Shown piece by piece: positions 1 through 13,615 of a stretch of DNA of 64,000 nucleotides. The stretch lies in assembly GCF_018977255.1 (NCBI RefSeq), contig NW_024704743.1, forward strand, positions 29,328,001 through 29,392,000, given 5' to 3'. Position 1 is the stretch's first letter. Each line of letters opens with the position of its first letter. Both the position numbers and the translations under genes were made by a program. The notes under the pieces are model-generated. The model did not search any database and was not told the origin of the DNA. It was given only the letters and a program-made list of their open reading frames with translations. The stretch is from Callorhinchus milii (lineage: Eukaryota).

Positions 1-1704
1 AACAACTTTGCTGGAATTATGTCAATTAAAATTACTATCTAGTCACTACAAAAAATATAAACAGGACTGTATATTGTTAGATGCAATCTGCTGAAAGATG
101 TTTCTGCATCAAATCAGAAGGAATCTACCTGCAATTTGCATATGTAAAAAATCCAAGCAAAACTAAACACTCTGGAGCAATAGTCACAGAAGCTATTCCT
201 AGAAATTCCAAAAATTAGTGTCTTGCTAAAGGTGGATGACTTTGTTCAATTCGTACACTGAAATGAATGAGGCTGAACGTGCAAATCAGTCACCTTTTTT
301 TTGTGGGTTGATAAGAGAGAGAAAGAGAGCTGGCTCCAGTTGCACAATGAACTATGTTTGTAAGGCTGCAGCCAGTGCTGCCTGCACTGCAGCAGAAGTC
401 AGCATTACTGGTACAATTCATTTACTAAATGAACAATGGGCTCAGCAATTAAATGAGCTGAGGTTTGATTCATTGCAAGTTTCCATTTGTGTTTCAACAT
501 TTTTTCTGGAATGATACAGAAGAAGAAGAAACGAGGTGAAGACAGGATATCATGACCTTTATGGCTAACAATGCTGAACTGTCAGCGCCTGCTTTTTTCC
601 ATCGTTAGACCTTGCGAGGGCATTTGATGATGCTTTCCAGTTTTGACCAGGTCACTCGGCTCACCTGGCTGAGCCCTGCTCTGCCAGCGACCGATCTCTC
701 TTTTACCTCCTTGATGCACCTGTTAATTCTGCCTCGGGACAAACATTTAAAAATTTCAAGCTATTTCCTAACCACATCATGTGGAAAGGAAGAAACATGC
801 AAGATAGCAGAATGTCCAGGTTCTGAGGTCGAGATGCATTCGTGCAAGAGGGGGAAAGAGGTCAAGTTACAGGGTGGAAGGCTAACAAACAAACGAGCAA
901 AGAGCAAAAGCTCACAGCAGGGCAAGAGTTCAGTTAATTCACCCAGACGATCTATTCCAGACGTGGTAAATGATACATTATTGGATCCAGATCTGCAACT
1001 GCTTTGTATATATTACATTACTGGGACCAACCTCACTTAAGTGTCATTAGCCTTCCCTCAGAAATACTGTTATTGCTCAAACCTGTTCGCTGGGAGTGTT
1101 TTAACTTTGCTGGCAATACTTTCAGTTTCTCCCTTTTTATTCCACCCTAAATCCCTGCTCTACCACAGTATTATAAAGCGTAACCGCCAATATTGGAACA
1201 CCCAAGTTGATGGTGCTCAGTGGGATTTCAGTAATGTATTACATACAGCACAATCCCACAGATTATAGCAGCGTAAACACTGATAAACACAGAGCTAAAC
1301 ATACAGTAAGTGCCCAGGACTGGCAAATGCTAAGAAGTGTTATTAGCTCCTCATTAATCAAAGCCTCTATCATGGAGAGAGGAAGCTATTGTAGATAAAG
1401 GAACGTTTCGCAGATAAGACAGAAAGAATTCTGAAAAAAGGACAATAGAGCTTTCACAATTGATGCGAGCTACTGTATTAGCAAATTTACCAGGGATTGA
1501 ACAAATTTGCTCACGTGAAATTCCATCCATCCCCAATGTGAGCTTCACAGAAACAGTAACACTGCAACAAAGACATTAAAGACATGGATTAAAAATCAAT
1601 TTTTCTTGGTCATCTGTTCAAATTTCAAAGTTTCTGGTATTGATTTAGTAATTACACAAAAAGTACAGATTTTATTATGGATATTTTATCTTTTCATTCT
1701 TATC

Positions 1705-1815
1705 TGTTCACCCGCAAAACACAGTCACTCCCATTAACAGTAAATTTGTGACGTGCTTTGAGATGTCCTCCCAGCATGAAAGGCACTCTACCAAATGTAA
1801 ACATAATTATTATTT
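1705..1815 (+). mobile_element. SINE/L2-type 3' tail remnant
   Basis: gtgctttgagatgtcctcccagcatgaaaggcactcta...ataattattattt resembles the 3' stem-loop and (TTA)n tail of the full SINE copies in this window. Confidence 0.65.
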
Positions 1816-2067
1816 TCAGTTTTCCAAGATGGTACCCCACTTGAAGGGCACTAGAGAATATAAGTTGTTGTTGTTATTCTCTTTGGCATCAGTGTATCAC
1901 AGATCTCTGTGCAATACTTGAAGTGCAATGCAAAATTAGCACGAGACTACCACCAGAGCAATGCATCATAATGACATTAAACATGTGCAGATTTAGCTGA
2001 TGTACATAATATTAGACTGTTTTAGAACCAGGAGCCAGTATATTCAGTGAAGTAAGTCATTTTATAG

Positions 2068-2175
2068 TAAAATTGCACTTACTATATAGCACCTTTCATA
2101 ACGCGAGGAAGTCTCAAAGTTTCCACAGAATTTAATGTTAAGTGGAATGATTATGTGTTTTGTGGATGAGAAAAT
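2068..2175 (-). mobile_element. SINE 3' tail remnant, inverted relative to 1705-1815
   Basis: ttgcacttactatatagcacctttcataacgcgaggaagtctcaaag is a diverged reverse complement of the shared tail. Confidence 0.6.
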
Positions 2176-3710
2176 GAATGGATAAAGCTGCAAGAGAGGA
2201 CAGCAATCCAAGAGCAGTACAGGTAAGTGAGATCACCTCTAAATAATGGATTTGTTTTTTTATATAACTCCAAGAGCTTTTTATAACTTATAACTCTAAA
2301 TAACTCCATTGGTTTTAATTTCTTACTGGAAGTGATATCTCATGCCCGTCTTCCCTCTCTCTTGCTCAGTGTCTTGATCTTGTCTATAAAGAGCTCTGAG
2401 GTATTATTCTATGTGAAATGCACTTTATAAATGAAAGAGTTATGGTTAATATAACTCGTGCTCACACAAACATCCAGGTTTTAAAACGTATCCATCAAAA
2501 TTCTTCCAGCGTATCAGGCTGTTATCCAATTTTTAACCAACCATAAAGAGGCGATCTTTTTCAGATTGCAAACTAGCTGCAATCGGAGGCTAGTAAGCAG
2601 TGTTCCGTGCTTGCATGTGCACACCTACTTTTCCCACTCCACAACACAATAAAGCACTTTAATTGCTACTCCCTACTCACATTGATGCCTGAATGTTGTT
2701 GGGAGTGCAGTACAGAGAGAGTATTAGAGTAGCTACAATATAAAAAGAAATCCCATCATCTTAGAAAGGGTTTCTTAGAATTACTGATATCAGATTTGAC
2801 AGATCTGAAGAAGAATAACTGAGTTCTCTGACCATACAAAGGAAGTTAGTATAAGTCCTGGAGTCTCCACCAAGTACCTACTCACCAGAATTCGTGGTGC
2901 ACCAAATGGCTTTAGTTTCTGGACAATTTAAACCAGATCTCTCACCAGTGAAGCAGCTGAAGAAAGGGCAGCTTTATGCTGCCAAACCAGTGCAGTGATG
3001 GACTAGATTTAGGCTGTCAGAAAAGATTTTAAACTTCATCCTCAAAAACCATTAGCAAAAAATGGTGTGAACTATCTCTCTGGGATATATTTAAACCTGG
3101 GTCTCCAGTGAAGGAAACTGCATCTTTTGATGCCGGTCAAATCCCAGTCTCTCATCAGCCCCCTGACATTACTGTAGTTTAGTTTTTCAATATGTAGTGG
3201 GTAGAATGACATTTATTTCCCATTGTCATTTTTGTTGGAAGGATTGAAGCAATTTCACAATTACTTTGCTAGCAGGTTAATGCATGAAAATATGGCAGTT
3301 TGCATTATGTCTTAGTAGGTGAACTGCCCCATTACATCGCAGCACGAGCTGTCTCAGTTCACACATTACAAATGGTCACAAACATGGAGAACCTGGGGAA
3401 TCCTTCACCTCCATCTAAACCTTCAGAACCAAAGTTGAGGTTAAATGGCAGTGGAAAAAATATATATGTAGAAATGCTGCAAAATCATTAAATATGTATT
3501 TTTGTAAACATAAAATCATCCAAAGGATAGATACCTTTATGGAAGAAGTGAGTCATCCCATCAAGCTTTTTTTAAAATTAAATTAGTGATCATTTTTGAG
3601 TCGTGTGCCATTTCCTTTACTGAAAACTGTGTGTTAACCATACCAGCGGGGAAAAGGGTTTGGAAATGGTGTAGTGCGCTGATGCAAGGTGACGGGTAAG
3701 TTATTGCTTA

Positions 3711-4255
3711 TATAAGAACATAAGAAATGCTGGGCGACCAAGGTCCATCTGGTTCGCCTTCCACCTTCCTGGCAGTCGCATGCACATACATCCCAAACTA
3801 TGTACTGTATCCCATAATGTTATTTCCTAAAAGAAAACTATCTGACCTGTGTTTGAAAGAATCAACACTTCCTGCTTCAACCATCTCTCTAGGGAGCCTG
3901 TTCCACAGGTTCATTATTTGCTCACTGAAATAGTGTTTCCGTAAATTTGTTCTGAATTTACCCCCCTTCAATTGTAGGCCCTGTCCTCTGGTTTTACTAT
4001 TCTGAACAAGTTGAAACAGCCTGTCATGATCTATATGTCTTTAAAATCTTAAAGACAGCAATCATGTCACCTCTCACTCAATCTTTTTTTCAGCGTGAAC
4101 ATGCCAAATTTACTTAGTCGCTCCTCATAGTCCAGTCCTTCTATTCCCTCAATCATTTTGGTTGCCTTCCTCTGTATCTTCTCAATTTCTCCAATATCCT
4201 TTGTGTACTGCGGCGACTAGAACTGTACACAGTACTCTCAATATGCAGCTTAACT
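3711..4255 (-). mobile_element. CR1 LINE 3' fragment (ORF2 C-terminus and 3'UTR), decayed
   Basis: Minus strand translates to EYCVQF*SPQYTKDIGEIEKIQRKATKMIEGIEGLDYEERLSKFGMFTLKKR, a typical CR1 ORF2 C-terminus; ends in a (TTCTTATG)-like tail at 3711-3727. Confidence 0.9.
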
Positions 4256-4309
4256 GCAGGTAGGTTCATTCTCTTACCTTCACATGCTTTAATCACGTCT
4301 CTTCAACTG

Positions 4310-4392
4310 GGTGAGTCAAGCGCTCCGAGACGCTGTCCTGCGTGAAGAGTGTGTGAAGAGTGTGATATAACTGCAAGTTATTGTTGTTGTGT
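4310..4392 (+). mobile_element. Short L2-type 3' end with (TTG)n tail
   Basis: aagcgctccgagacgctgtcctgcgtgaagag...tgcaagttattgttgttg. Confidence 0.65.
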
Positions 4393-7300
4393 CAATTCAG
4401 GTCCCTGACACAGTCTGATTTAATAACTCCTCCACCCAGCTTGCCAACAAGTGTCCATAGTCACAAGTCAAACCAAGAAAGCGATGTTCAAAGGTTGTTG
4501 AAGTGAACTAATACTGTAGTTATCCTCATGGTAAAATTCAGTTAAATAAACTTCATATCTATACACACAATATTTGGCAGATCTTATAATAACATGTGCC
4601 CTGGAGAATTTGAGGTCATACACGTATAATGTAGCCAAAGGTGATATTTCAATGCATTCTCTCAAAGGCTGCATATCATAACAGCGAGAGGTGGATTTTA
4701 ACTCGCTCTGCTCAGTCTGATCTTTTGGTCAGAACAGTAGTGCTGTGAACCAGCCCAAAACATCTGTTAGAAGACTAGCAAGCAGTCTGAAAATCTACTC
4801 ATCATTCAATAACAGAACTCAAATTCACATGGACCAGGTTTAGCAAACACTTTGCTGCATGTTCGAGTGCCCCAGGGAAGGTTTAAACTCGTCCAGTATG
4901 CTCCCAGACTGACTGGAGATTGTGCACAGCTGTGCGGCTGAGAACCAGTGACCAATAATTACAAACGGGGGCCAAAAATAGCCAAAGAAAAAATTATAAC
5001 AGAGTTTTGTTTTTCAAAAGGAAAAGCACTGGAATCAATTGCTTGGATATTTCGTGGCATCAAACGACACTATTATGTTCTTACTGTTCAAATATACAAG
5101 ACGTAGGACTGTTACAGTATTTGTTTTTCATAAAATAATCCAAAAGGCTGGAAAAAAATAAATTCCAGGCTCTTTTTTCGTATTCTGTGACACTTTCTGC
5201 TTACATTTGAAATCGACAAAAATATGCAAGTACATCATACCCTGGTCTTAGCTGGGGAGCAACTGCATTTCAGATTTCACTGCAACAACCTTCAGCTGAA
5301 CCTCAGTATAACACATAAGGGAGGCGAGATGGGCTGGAGGAACCTCTGAAGTGCAGCAAAGTGACTTTCGAATTCCAGCAGCAAAATCTGTTCACTATTC
5401 AGCATTGTTCAAATCATCAACATTCCACGCAGAAACTAAAGAAATAATCTGTTTATAAATGAAAATCCATGAACACTTTATGGTAATGGTAAACATAAAG
5501 CCTGATATTTGGCAAGCAGGGACTTTTTCACCGACTGGGGCCAACTAAACCCCAGAGACAGTCTGATTACATTTTACCTGTATACACAGAAATCATTTAT
5601 CACCTGGAATGGGTGACAGTCACCCAGTCACTCGCTGGGATTGAAATCCAGAACCTTCTGGGCCCCCAATACAGCCCTCAATCACCTGAGCTCAGATGAC
5701 CTAATCTAACTGATGCATTGGCTGCAATATAAACAAAGTTATGGTAGAATTTCATGACTGGCAAAAGCTGGGTGCACAGGCTTTTTAACAACATGAGGAG
5801 ACGATCAGACATTTGGTGCCAGTTAATGGAGCTATATGAACAATTGTTCTCGGGCTCTGTTGGAAAAAATAAATGAGGCATTTCTGTTTCAAACTGTTTA
5901 CTGCTTTTTGCTGAAGAAGGTAATATTTTTGCATTTCTATTTATGGATGATAGGGTTACATTTCAGGACAGTAATGTCGCCACAGACTGTCCTCAAGGTA
6001 TCCAGCGTTCACTTGACTCCAGCTGCAGCAGCGCATTCAAGTCTTAGCTGATTGATGCAATGCAATGATAGTGAGAAAATCTCCAAAGGCACAAACTGTG
6101 TTTGGGGTTGGGGGAAGGGGAAGGTGCGGAACTTCATTTGCGAAGTTCTAGAAATGAATTGCAGGGAGGTTATTGTGTGTGGTGAACCATTCCTGACCTC
6201 ACTCTCACCCCACAAATTAATTTTGAGGTATTAGGTGTTAAGTTGGCAATTTTGAAGTGTTGGGAGTGGGTTTAGCAGCTTTGTTTTGTGCCTTTAGATT
6301 TATTACAGAAAGCACACAATTATCCAAGGACAAAGCACTGTTTAATTTACAATTCAAAACATCCTTCAAGAAAAAAGAAATTGTTGGCTACTCTCATCTT
6401 TAATCCAATAAGAGAATTATTTGCAAAGCAATAAACACCATGAGACTTAGTACATCTGAGTTTTTTTTAGCTTTAAAGCAATCGCATCAAACATCAATTC
6501 TGAACTAACCTTTCTTTCAATATTATATGACTATTTAGTCATTTTTTAGCCAATTCTAAACCAATACAACACTGCAATATACTTGCACATATAGGAATGC
6601 ATACATACACGAGCACATGGTAGATAAAGTATTTCTGGGATTGGAAATTTTTATAGGACACCCACAAAACTACCCTAAATCCAATACATCTTTTAAGTTG
6701 CACGATTTAGAAGGATAAAAGGCAACAGTGTTCCCAACATTGAAATGTTAGGAGAAAAGTCATATTGGACTACAGGTACCTTATTGAAAACATCTGTGAA
6801 AACTTCACTAGTTAGAACACATTATTGATGTGTCAAGTTTATTACATTGGAAAGTTTCAATGACTTTATATGAAGCTCACATTTGCTTCAGCTATTAATT
6901 CTGATGTCTGCTGCACAATCTGCTACAGGAGTGAATAGGTATCAAGTTACCCTGGTACTTGATTTTGGCACTGTGCAAGAACAACGCACTCAAGTAAAGT
7001 GGCAGGAACACTCTTTTTTACAATGAGTTAACCTGTGATTGCTTCTACAAAAAACAACTTTCTCGCACAGACCCGCACAGATTTTGAGTTCACCATCCTT
7101 AATATAGAAAACAAGTTTAAAAAGAGTGACAAGGTAATGACAAAGATTAAAAACAACTACTTGTTCCGGAACTGACAGGGAAGAGGATCATTTGTGGCTC
7201 AGCAAATGCACTTTCTGTGCTGAAGCCCCAAAACATCAGCCTCCCAGAAGCGGTATCACAGTGTCACACAGCACAGCTTGCACAACCTCTCAGTTACATT

Positions 7301-8142
7301 AATGTAACAGTTCAATTATTGTATTTGAAAGCAATATGCTGCTTGAAATGGAGCAGTATGATTGGAATGCAGGATCATAGAAATTATAGCACAGAAAGTG
7401 GTCATTTGGCCCATCGAGCCTAAGCTTGTGACAGTCTCTCTACTGGGGCTAATAAAGACGAGTGCATTTGGCCCGTCATCAAGAATACACTGTCTTGGGC
7501 TTAAAGCAATCACACACCTAGTTTATATATTGATTTTGTGAGTTTGAGAGATATGCTGGGGAGGTTGGAGCCAGATGTGAGGAGACATAGGCAGAGCCAA
7601 GGAGGATGGCTTTTTCTTTCTGTTCTAATTGGTATTGCAAGAAGTGGAAACTCAGCATGGCTATAGATCAGATTACAAGGCAAAGTGTATTCATACAAGT
7701 AAAATGCCTGCTAGTATCTAGCTAATTTCTTCAGGCATTGAATCTAAGGATTCAAATGTCTCTCACACACAGTATTTCTTCATTTCAAATAAACCTTCCA
7801 ACTTCTCTTTCTCTCACTTTCTGCCTGATTGTACACCATTTCATTCTTTGTTTCCCTGTGACTTGCAGTTTAAACTTTGGTATTTGGTATCTGAATTCAC
7901 TAAATATAGTCAGAATCACAAATAATGACTCTACATGGTTAACACATGTGTCATTCCAACCCACAGGAACTCTGCACCAACACAATCCACTTCTGGAGTG
8001 GAGTCCTGTGGGTTGGTGTGACTAATCTTTGGTTCCTTGGAGCAGTGGCGTTTGCTAATTTGGAGTCATCATTAGCAGGTTGCACATTCACCCCCTTGCT
8101 TTACTTTTCTCTATTTCCTTTATTTGTCTCTTGACACACTGT

Positions 8143-8270
8143 AGACTGGACTTTTTGCTTATTGGGCAAATCACCAAGTGTTTGCTCTGTACTCATAATA
8201 GGAGAATCCCAAAACGAGCTCATGGCACCAAGGTTGTTACATTTGCAGAAAAGCAGAAATTCGGCCCCTA
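8143..8270. mobile_element. Degenerate palindromic MITE-like element
   Basis: Left end tagactggactttttgctt imperfectly matches the reverse complement of the right end (taggggccgaatttctgctt); the terminus resembles the MITE at 16518-16660. Confidence 0.35.
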
Positions 8271-10239
8271 TAATTTCTCTAATTCACATCTTTTCTCCCA
8301 GTGAAGCAAGGTGGAGGAATTCCCAATTTTCTTCCAATTTTTGATTCCCCCCCCCCACAAAAACACTGGTAACACTAACAACTTTATGATCACGAAAGAG
8401 GTCCCCTTTTTTTTAAAAAAAGGAAAAGTTTTCACACACACTTGAAGTTGTGTTGTTAACTGGGCAGGACTGGAGATGCGATACAAGGCATTTATTGGAG
8501 AAGAATAAATCAAAAAGGTATTTTTTGTTTTCCCATTTGTATCAGAATTGATTGCTGGGCCAGAGTCCCTCCTTCACCTTCTCCCTGGCACCATTTCTAG
8601 ATTCCTTGTTTAAAACACCAGAAAACAGTGATGGAATATATAAATATGCAAACTAGAGTCTTACCGCAGCACTGGAAAATCTGTGCGGTTATAAACTTAA
8701 CTGGATTACTGCCCGCAGAACATCCTAGTTAATGCTCTGAGAATTTGATCCACATGTGTGACACATCGATGCAAACATGTTTTTCTTTGTATAAATGGCA
8801 TGAAAGTGTGACAGTATTATTGGCAGATAATCTCTCTCTCTGCCCCATCCCCAGCACAGACCCACAACAGTGATTTTTTTAATACGTAAAGTCAAGCTTT
8901 ACTATTGATCTCAGCCAGTTAGCTGTGGGAGGTAAATGGGTCTATTTTCAGATGTTTCTAATGCCAATTTCTTAATGCTGGGGGAGGAAAGGAGGAAATA
9001 GCTCAAACACAGGCATGTCTAAATTACAGGCTGTGTTAACCATGTGTAAAGAATGGCATGTGTACAGAAAGAATGGCAGATGCCCTTAATTATGTAATTA
9101 ATAACTAATGAAATGGATTGCAGAATCATTGAAACATTTACAAACTTAATTAAAGGCACCTGCAATTCCCTCAGTACAAACATGTTCACACTTGGTTTGC
9201 ACAACCTGCAAATTAGACCCCAGGGCTTTTCCATGAGAAACTACTCTTTTATAGAAGCATTGGTTTTTGTGTGTGTGCGTGCATGCGTGCAGAAGGGGGG
9301 AGGGGAGGGAAGCCCCGAAGTCAGGGATTCACAGATACGGTGACTGCCTCCTGACAACCCTGAAATCACTCACTAAAACCTGACACAGGCGAAAACTGGA
9401 AAAAACAGACCTTGGGCACAAGCTGGAGAGATCGTCCTTATCTGCAAACTGGGTTTGACCTTTCTAACCTACAGTTTCATCCTTCACACCAGGGAAATTG
9501 ATTAGGGATATCAATTAGCAACTCTCGTGTCCTTCAGTGATAAACGGTTAAAACAGCCCCTGCCTCACACCCCACGCCCCCCGCCCCCACCCAGTATTGA
9601 GATACAGCTGAAAATGAATAAGTACAGTACCTGACATACAGCACTTTGAAGCAATTCTCTTCTAAAATCTGACAATTGATGATGAAGTGTGAACACATTT
9701 TATTTTGGCCAGTGTTTGACATATGCAGGACCCCATCATCGTGCCTGTGCTTCTCTAAACCAGACTAAGTACCACAGATATATGTCACCCAGACATAGAG
9801 ATTTCTCTGCATCTGGAATGGAATGCCGACTCTCTCCCTGGAAGGTGTATCCTGCTTACCTAATACTGGAGTGTAATAAGCGCAGGTTGGCAAGAGCCAA
9901 GGCTTGGTGTCCCTAGAGGGCAAGTTTGGATACTGCTGGAGTCTAAGTCTAAAAGTACATAGCTTTCCATTGATAGCACTTTCTGGCAAGCTTTCCCCTG
10001 CTTGTCCAGCTAGGATCACCCTACCTGCTAGGGCTCTGGCTTGTGGGGTTAAGAGGAGCCCAGTAGAAAGATTCCCTGGTCCAAGTGACCAAAGAGTGAG
10101 GGAATTAAAGCATCATAATAGATAAAATCAGAGATAGAATTAGTGTAGCCACTCTAAGCGCACTTAAAAATGCTTGAATTTGACACAGCCCCTAGAATAC
10201 TGAACCCTTTCAAAGTTCTTCACATGGACTTGTTGTCAA

Positions 10240-10365
10240 GTGTAGTGACTCTATGTTCACTACAAATACACTGACAACACTTCAGAGTAAAATCTTGTGA
10301 AGCACTTTGAGATGTCTCGATGAGGTGATAAGACATTAAATCAAATGCAATGATTATTATATAAT
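10240..10365 (+). mobile_element. SINE 3' tail remnant
   Basis: gaagcactttgagatgtctcgatgaggtgataagac...aaatgcaatgattattat. Confidence 0.65.
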
Positions 10366-11364
10366 TAAGCGTATGGAAAAGAGAAATTAGATATCCAAAG
10401 TGTGAAAGAATTCTCCCAACAAAAAGAAAATTGCAGAGAGACATCACACAGGCAGACAGAAAAGCAACAAATAAAACACACAGAACGACAGACAGACTGA
10501 CAGAGACAGACAGAGACAATCAAACAGTGAAATTAAGACGGGCATTTTCATGGTGGAGAAATGTAAAACTCACCTTTGTCTGCTACCTTTAAACCATAAC
10601 CAAGATTGTCACATCTTTAATCTGACAAATTGGAAATGCTCACTCAATCACCACTTCAAAGAGCAGTTTTGTCTTTTTAAGCTAAATCTGGTATCTGTCA
10701 GGATTTAGTGGTAAGGAAGATCCCAGTTGTGGTTCAAATTTCTCTTGCCAATTGATAACTGACAGCTTGGTAAATGTTTAGCTACAGCCAAGATAATATT
10801 GGCTCAATATATCCACCGCAGCATAAACTATAAGACAATATGTTTCCAGGACTGAGTAAATGACACAAGGTACTCATGTTTAAGTATCCTGAACAAGTGC
10901 ATTGCACGGATGTCGTTCGTAAAAGAAAAGACAGCTCCACCATTGCATTGCATTATACATAGATTATATACATTTAATGCTCTCTTACCTGTACCATGGA
11001 GTGAATCAAACCCACTATCACGGCAGTTAACCATTGTCTGTGGCATGCTATGGCAAGAACAAGTTATCTCACTGGATGTTTGGATTGACAGCCCAGAAAA
11101 CACATTAAAGTGTGACCCGGTCAAATGTCATCTCCTCAAAACCTGGAAAACCAGGTTTTCAGTCAACTAACCAAACATTACCAACCCAGCTACCATCTTC
11201 AGGCAGTCACTACAGATCCAGGGATATTTGCACATAGGAAATAGTGTACATGTAACATTTAAAATCAATAACACAGCTACAAAACAACACGAAAATGTGT
11301 GAAAAACAGCAAATGTAGAAGGGAGCACTTTGCCAAATATGTTAGAAACAACAAATGTAAAATA

Positions 11365-11677
11365 AATAATAATAATAATCCTTGCATTTGATGTAGCGCT
11401 TTACACGTCTTCTAGACGTCTCAAAGCGCTTCACAGAATATACTGTAAAGTGAATTGACTGTATATTTGTGGGCAAAACACGGCAGCCAATTGTGCACAG
11501 TAGCGTACCACAAACAATCGTGGATTGAGTGACCAATTTATTATTGTGATCCTTTTAGGAGGGATTATTATCAGGTGTGGAGTAAGGAAACTTGCCCAAG
11601 GTTTCGCGATGCCGGGAATCAAACCCAGGTCTCTCGCTTACAAGGCGAGTGCTCTAACCACTGAGCTACAGGACTCC
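11365..11677 (-). mobile_element. Full-length tRNA-derived SINE (family A)
   Basis: Minus strand begins GGAGTCCTGTAGCTCAGTGGTTAGAGCACTCGCC (A box) and has GGTTTGATTCC (B box-like); ends in the stem-loop GCGCTTTGAGACGTCTAGAAGACGTGTAAAGCGC and a (TTA)n tail; closely similar to copies at 24113 and 26884. Confidence 0.92.
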
Positions 11678-11747
11678 GTTGTAGAAAGGAGAAGAGGGGA
11701 AACCGAGAACAGGCAGAGCAGAAGTAAATAATTTTAAAGGGTATATA

Positions 11748-12050
11748 TTGTCCCACAAACAGCCATAGTGTGAATGACCAATCCCATTTGGGGCATTGTT
11801 GGCCATGAGACTGGGAGAAACTCCCTTCTCTTTTCAAATAATGCCATGGGATGGATCTTTACGACTTCCACCAGGATCCGTCTGGACAGGCAGACAGGAC
11901 CTCGATTTAACTTGTCATTTGAAGGACAGCAAATACAACAATGCAGGAAAACCAGCCCTGCACTTGAGTGTTAGCACAGACTGTATGGGTTCCAAATCTT
12001 GACTCTTCAACCCACAATCTTGGAGGGAAGAGTGCTACCAACTGAGCTGG
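11748..12050 (-). mobile_element. Deu-domain SINE, decayed
   Basis: Reverse complement has a tRNA-like head (gctcagttggtagcactctt) and the Deu-like core ...aaatcgaggtcctg...aaagatcc...catggcattatttgaaaagagaagggagtttctcccagtctcatggccaac. Confidence 0.75.
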
Positions 12051-12457
12051 CGTACATTATTACTATACAGTGCTATACAATATTTGTTTTCAGCCCTAAA
12101 ATGTCTTGAAGTGACTTTTTAAAAAAAACAGGAATAAGTGCTGGTTTGTGCGGTAACAGAGTTCACTGGAGCTGCCTGTGGCTGAAGGGTTAAAATCGTT
12201 AAATTCAACCATTTGAGTCTGTTGTTGGCCATGACACCTGTTGACTAAAAATAGAGTTTAATATTTTTTCAAAAATGTGTTTTTTACACATGTTGTTAGA
12301 TATAAGTGAGGTCTGTTAATCTTGGTTTATGTGGGATAAATTCTGTATTTGATGACACAGCATAGGATTCTGTTTATGTCACACATCAACAATTTTACAG
12401 TATCTTCATTACATTTTAACTGAAACTATCCATAGTGCAGAGAATACTTAAATAATG

Positions 12458-12488
12458 TCTCTCTCTCTGTCTCTCTCTCTCTCTCTCT
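12458..12488. repeat. (CT)n microsatellite
   Basis: tctctctctctgtctctctctctctctctct. Confidence 0.9.
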
Positions 12489-12954
12489 CAATCACTTTGA
12501 AAACCCCTTTAGTGGGAAATAAAGTTAGGTGTTCTGGATGGATATAGCAGTCTCAACTGCTGTGTATATTTTGCTAAAACGTCACGGAATGTTTTAATTT
12601 CAAGATCTGTGACTCAGTGGCCTTGTAAATGTGAGAAGAATATAAATAAATATTACTAGTGCCAGTATGCGGCGTTACCACAAGAGCCATAAACAGGAAT
12701 CCAGTCCCTGCCCAAAATCTTTCCCCAACCCATTCAATGTACATTTATAACCTTGCAATTAATGTACCATGCCAATGCATCACAGGGCTAGAAACGTAAT
12801 CCAGCTCAGTGCCAAACACTGAAAACAGTGTTTCCAGACTGTCACTGAGGGAAACCGAGTGGAATTAATTCTAAGAAAGAACTGGACTCTGAGTAAATTA
12901 TGAAGACAGCTATTATTCCACAAATGGCATACGTTGGGAAACATAAGGAAGTAA

Positions 12955-13325
12955 GCAACTTTTATTTGAGGTAGCTTCTTACAGCTCTGAAACATTTTAA
13001 AGTACTTTACGATAATTAATGTCAAGTGTTTTTTGTAGGCAAATATAGCTACTATTTTGTAAACGGTGGCTATATTTTCTGTCCTACAAACAGCCAATGA
13101 CCAATTTTGTTTGGAGGATTGCTATTTAGGAGGAACTCTCTTCTCTTTTCAAATATTATCATGGTTTCTTTAACACCCATGTAAATAGGTTGACATAACC
13201 TTAGTTTAACCATTATATTGAAGTACTGCACCCTCCAACAATGAGGCGCTCCCCCAGTCCTGCTGTGGGGAATGAACTCACAGCCTCCTGACTAAGAGGT
13301 GTGCAAGGGTGAGCTAAGCTGACAC
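12955..13325 (-). mobile_element. Deu-domain SINE, decayed
   Basis: Reverse complement starts gtgtcagcttagctca..., contains cattgttggagggtgc and aaagaaaccatgataatatttgaaaagagaagagagtt, and ends in a tail remnant. Confidence 0.65.
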
Positions 13326-13391
13326 TTAAAAGGCATTGTCTGGTATAAAATAGAGGTGTGTAAATCTGGACAGTCCTAGGTGATATCGTTG

Positions 13392-13615
13392 CTCTGACCT
13401 GAGTTAGCTGATCTCAGTTTGGGCAGCTGTAAGAATGCTGCAGTCGACCTCAGGGTCTCTGGGTGAGGGAGCAAAAATAATCAGCTTGGGTTCCCATTCC
13501 CCATCACTATCCAGTGACCCAGTCAGGCCAGGGCAAGTTTGGGCTCATCTGGAAATTCCCTCGTTCTTGAATAGCCTGACAACCCTCGCTTCTTTAGGTT
13601 CATACAGGAAACATG
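13392..13615 (+). mobile_element. SINE family B body fragment
   Basis: ctgagttagctgatctcag...gggagcaaaaataatcagcttgggttcccattccccatcactatccagtgaccc...gaatagcctgac; related copies at 16430-16810 (-), 25020-25170, 42805-42908 and 56821-57010. Confidence 0.65.

Noticed and set aside
612..1040. 142-aa ORF
   Set aside because: Non-ATG start, no recognisable homology; composition fits non-coding DNA.
9800..9990. Possible Tx1/L1 C-terminal remnant
   Set aside because: Similarity is too weak to support by eye.
10573..10621. Minus-strand exon with strong donor AAG|gtgagt
   Set aside because: Stop codons occur in all three frames; it could only be non-coding and there is no other support.
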